DNA from: Candidatus Sulfobium sp.
GTDB taxonomy: Bacteria; Nitrospirota; Thermodesulfovibrionia; Thermodesulfovibrionales; UBA6898
NCBI GenBank assembly: GCA_037380845.1
Contig: JARRRI010000075.1
Span: 1 to 14,516, forward strand
DNA: 14,516 nucleotides
Direction of reading: 5' to 3'
The translations under genes and the position numbers were made by a program. Shown piece by piece: positions 14,113 through 14,516 of this stretch. The notes under the pieces are model-generated. The model ran no database searches, was not told the origin of the DNA, and saw only the letters and a list, made by a program, of their open reading frames with translations. Positions within the stretch are counted from its first letter, which is position 1, and each line of letters begins with the position of its first letter.

Positions 14113-14515
14113 ATATCCGAATGGCCGTACCGGGATAGTAAAAAGAAAGGATCTCCCTGTAATTCCTGCCCCGCCGGGCCATCTCCAGCGCTCCCCACTG
14201 GCAGAGTCCCACGCCGTGGCCGTATCCCCTGCCTTCCAGGACAAGCACGTTTCCCTTTCTGATAAAAGTAAACTTCGTGCTGGGCAGTCTCTTCCATCCC
14301 AGGACCTTTCTCAAATCCGTAGCCTTGACTATCGACACGCCTTTGTCGTGAAGGACTTTCAGTGCCCTCACCCTGCCAGTGGATGTGTATGACTGTATAC
14401 TGATCTCTTTGATGCCGGAAACGTCCAGCGCCTTTGCAATATCTCTGAGCGGTATTTTCCTCTCCCACATCGAGTAAGGAGAAAGTTCACAGTCCGATTT
14501 CACGGGTTTGAGATA
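14099..14515 (-). CDS. SpoIID/LytB-domain protein (peptidoglycan lytic transglycosylase family), C-terminal part; runs off the window
   Basis: Frame is open from the window edge (YLKPVKSDC...). Signature LPST...GRGYGHGVGLCQWGALEMA..G.NYREILSFYYPG. Confidence 0.9.
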   Translation of the reverse strand, partial: YLKPVKSDCELSPYSMWERKIPLRDIAKALDVSGIKEISIQSYTSTGRVRALKVLHDKGVSIVKATDLRKVLGWKRLPSTKFTFIRKGNVLVLEGRGYGHGVGLCQWGALEMARRGRNYREILSFYYPGTAIRIYENR

Positions 14516-14516
14516 G

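Noticed and set aside
14113..14244. 44-aa N-terminal extension of QueA in the ORF track
   Set aside because: It overlaps the SpoIID/LytB gene. QueA homology starts at the ATG at 14112.
1..14516. CRISPR array, tRNA/rRNA, retron or intron, integrase
   Set aside because: I found no regularly spaced direct repeats, cloverleaf, reverse transcriptase or recombinase motifs by eye.

Overview
Bacterial chromosomal window with two convergent core blocks separated by a degraded, more AT-rich accessory segment. The gene content suggests an anaerobic Nitrospirota or deltaproteobacterial-type genome (inference). Left block (+): the 3' end of an ArsB/NhaD-type permease, acetyl-CoA synthetase (acs), two REP-like palindromes, an isochorismatase-family hydrolase, two tandem paralogous secreted hexaheme c7-type cytochromes and a small secreted 3-Cys protein. 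Middle (~5715-9081): ~390 bp of hairpin-rich non-coding DNA, a truncated 57-codon PilZ-type ORF missed by the ORF track, and, divergent from it, an orphan CpaE/TadZ-like receiver-ATPase, a 57-aa ORF and a PAS-like/LuxR-HTH regulator, ending in a 5'-deleted IS256-family remnant with a nonsense mutation and an intact right inverted repeat. Right block (-): a tightly overlapping operon of a SpoIID/LytB-domain gene (partial), queA, a SPOR protein, phoH, a 7TM-HD phosphohydrolase, ybeY and a DgkA-PAP2 fusion. The best leads are the PilZ/CpaE/LuxR cassette, the structured non-coding tract and the cytochrome pair. None is demonstrably novel without database searches.
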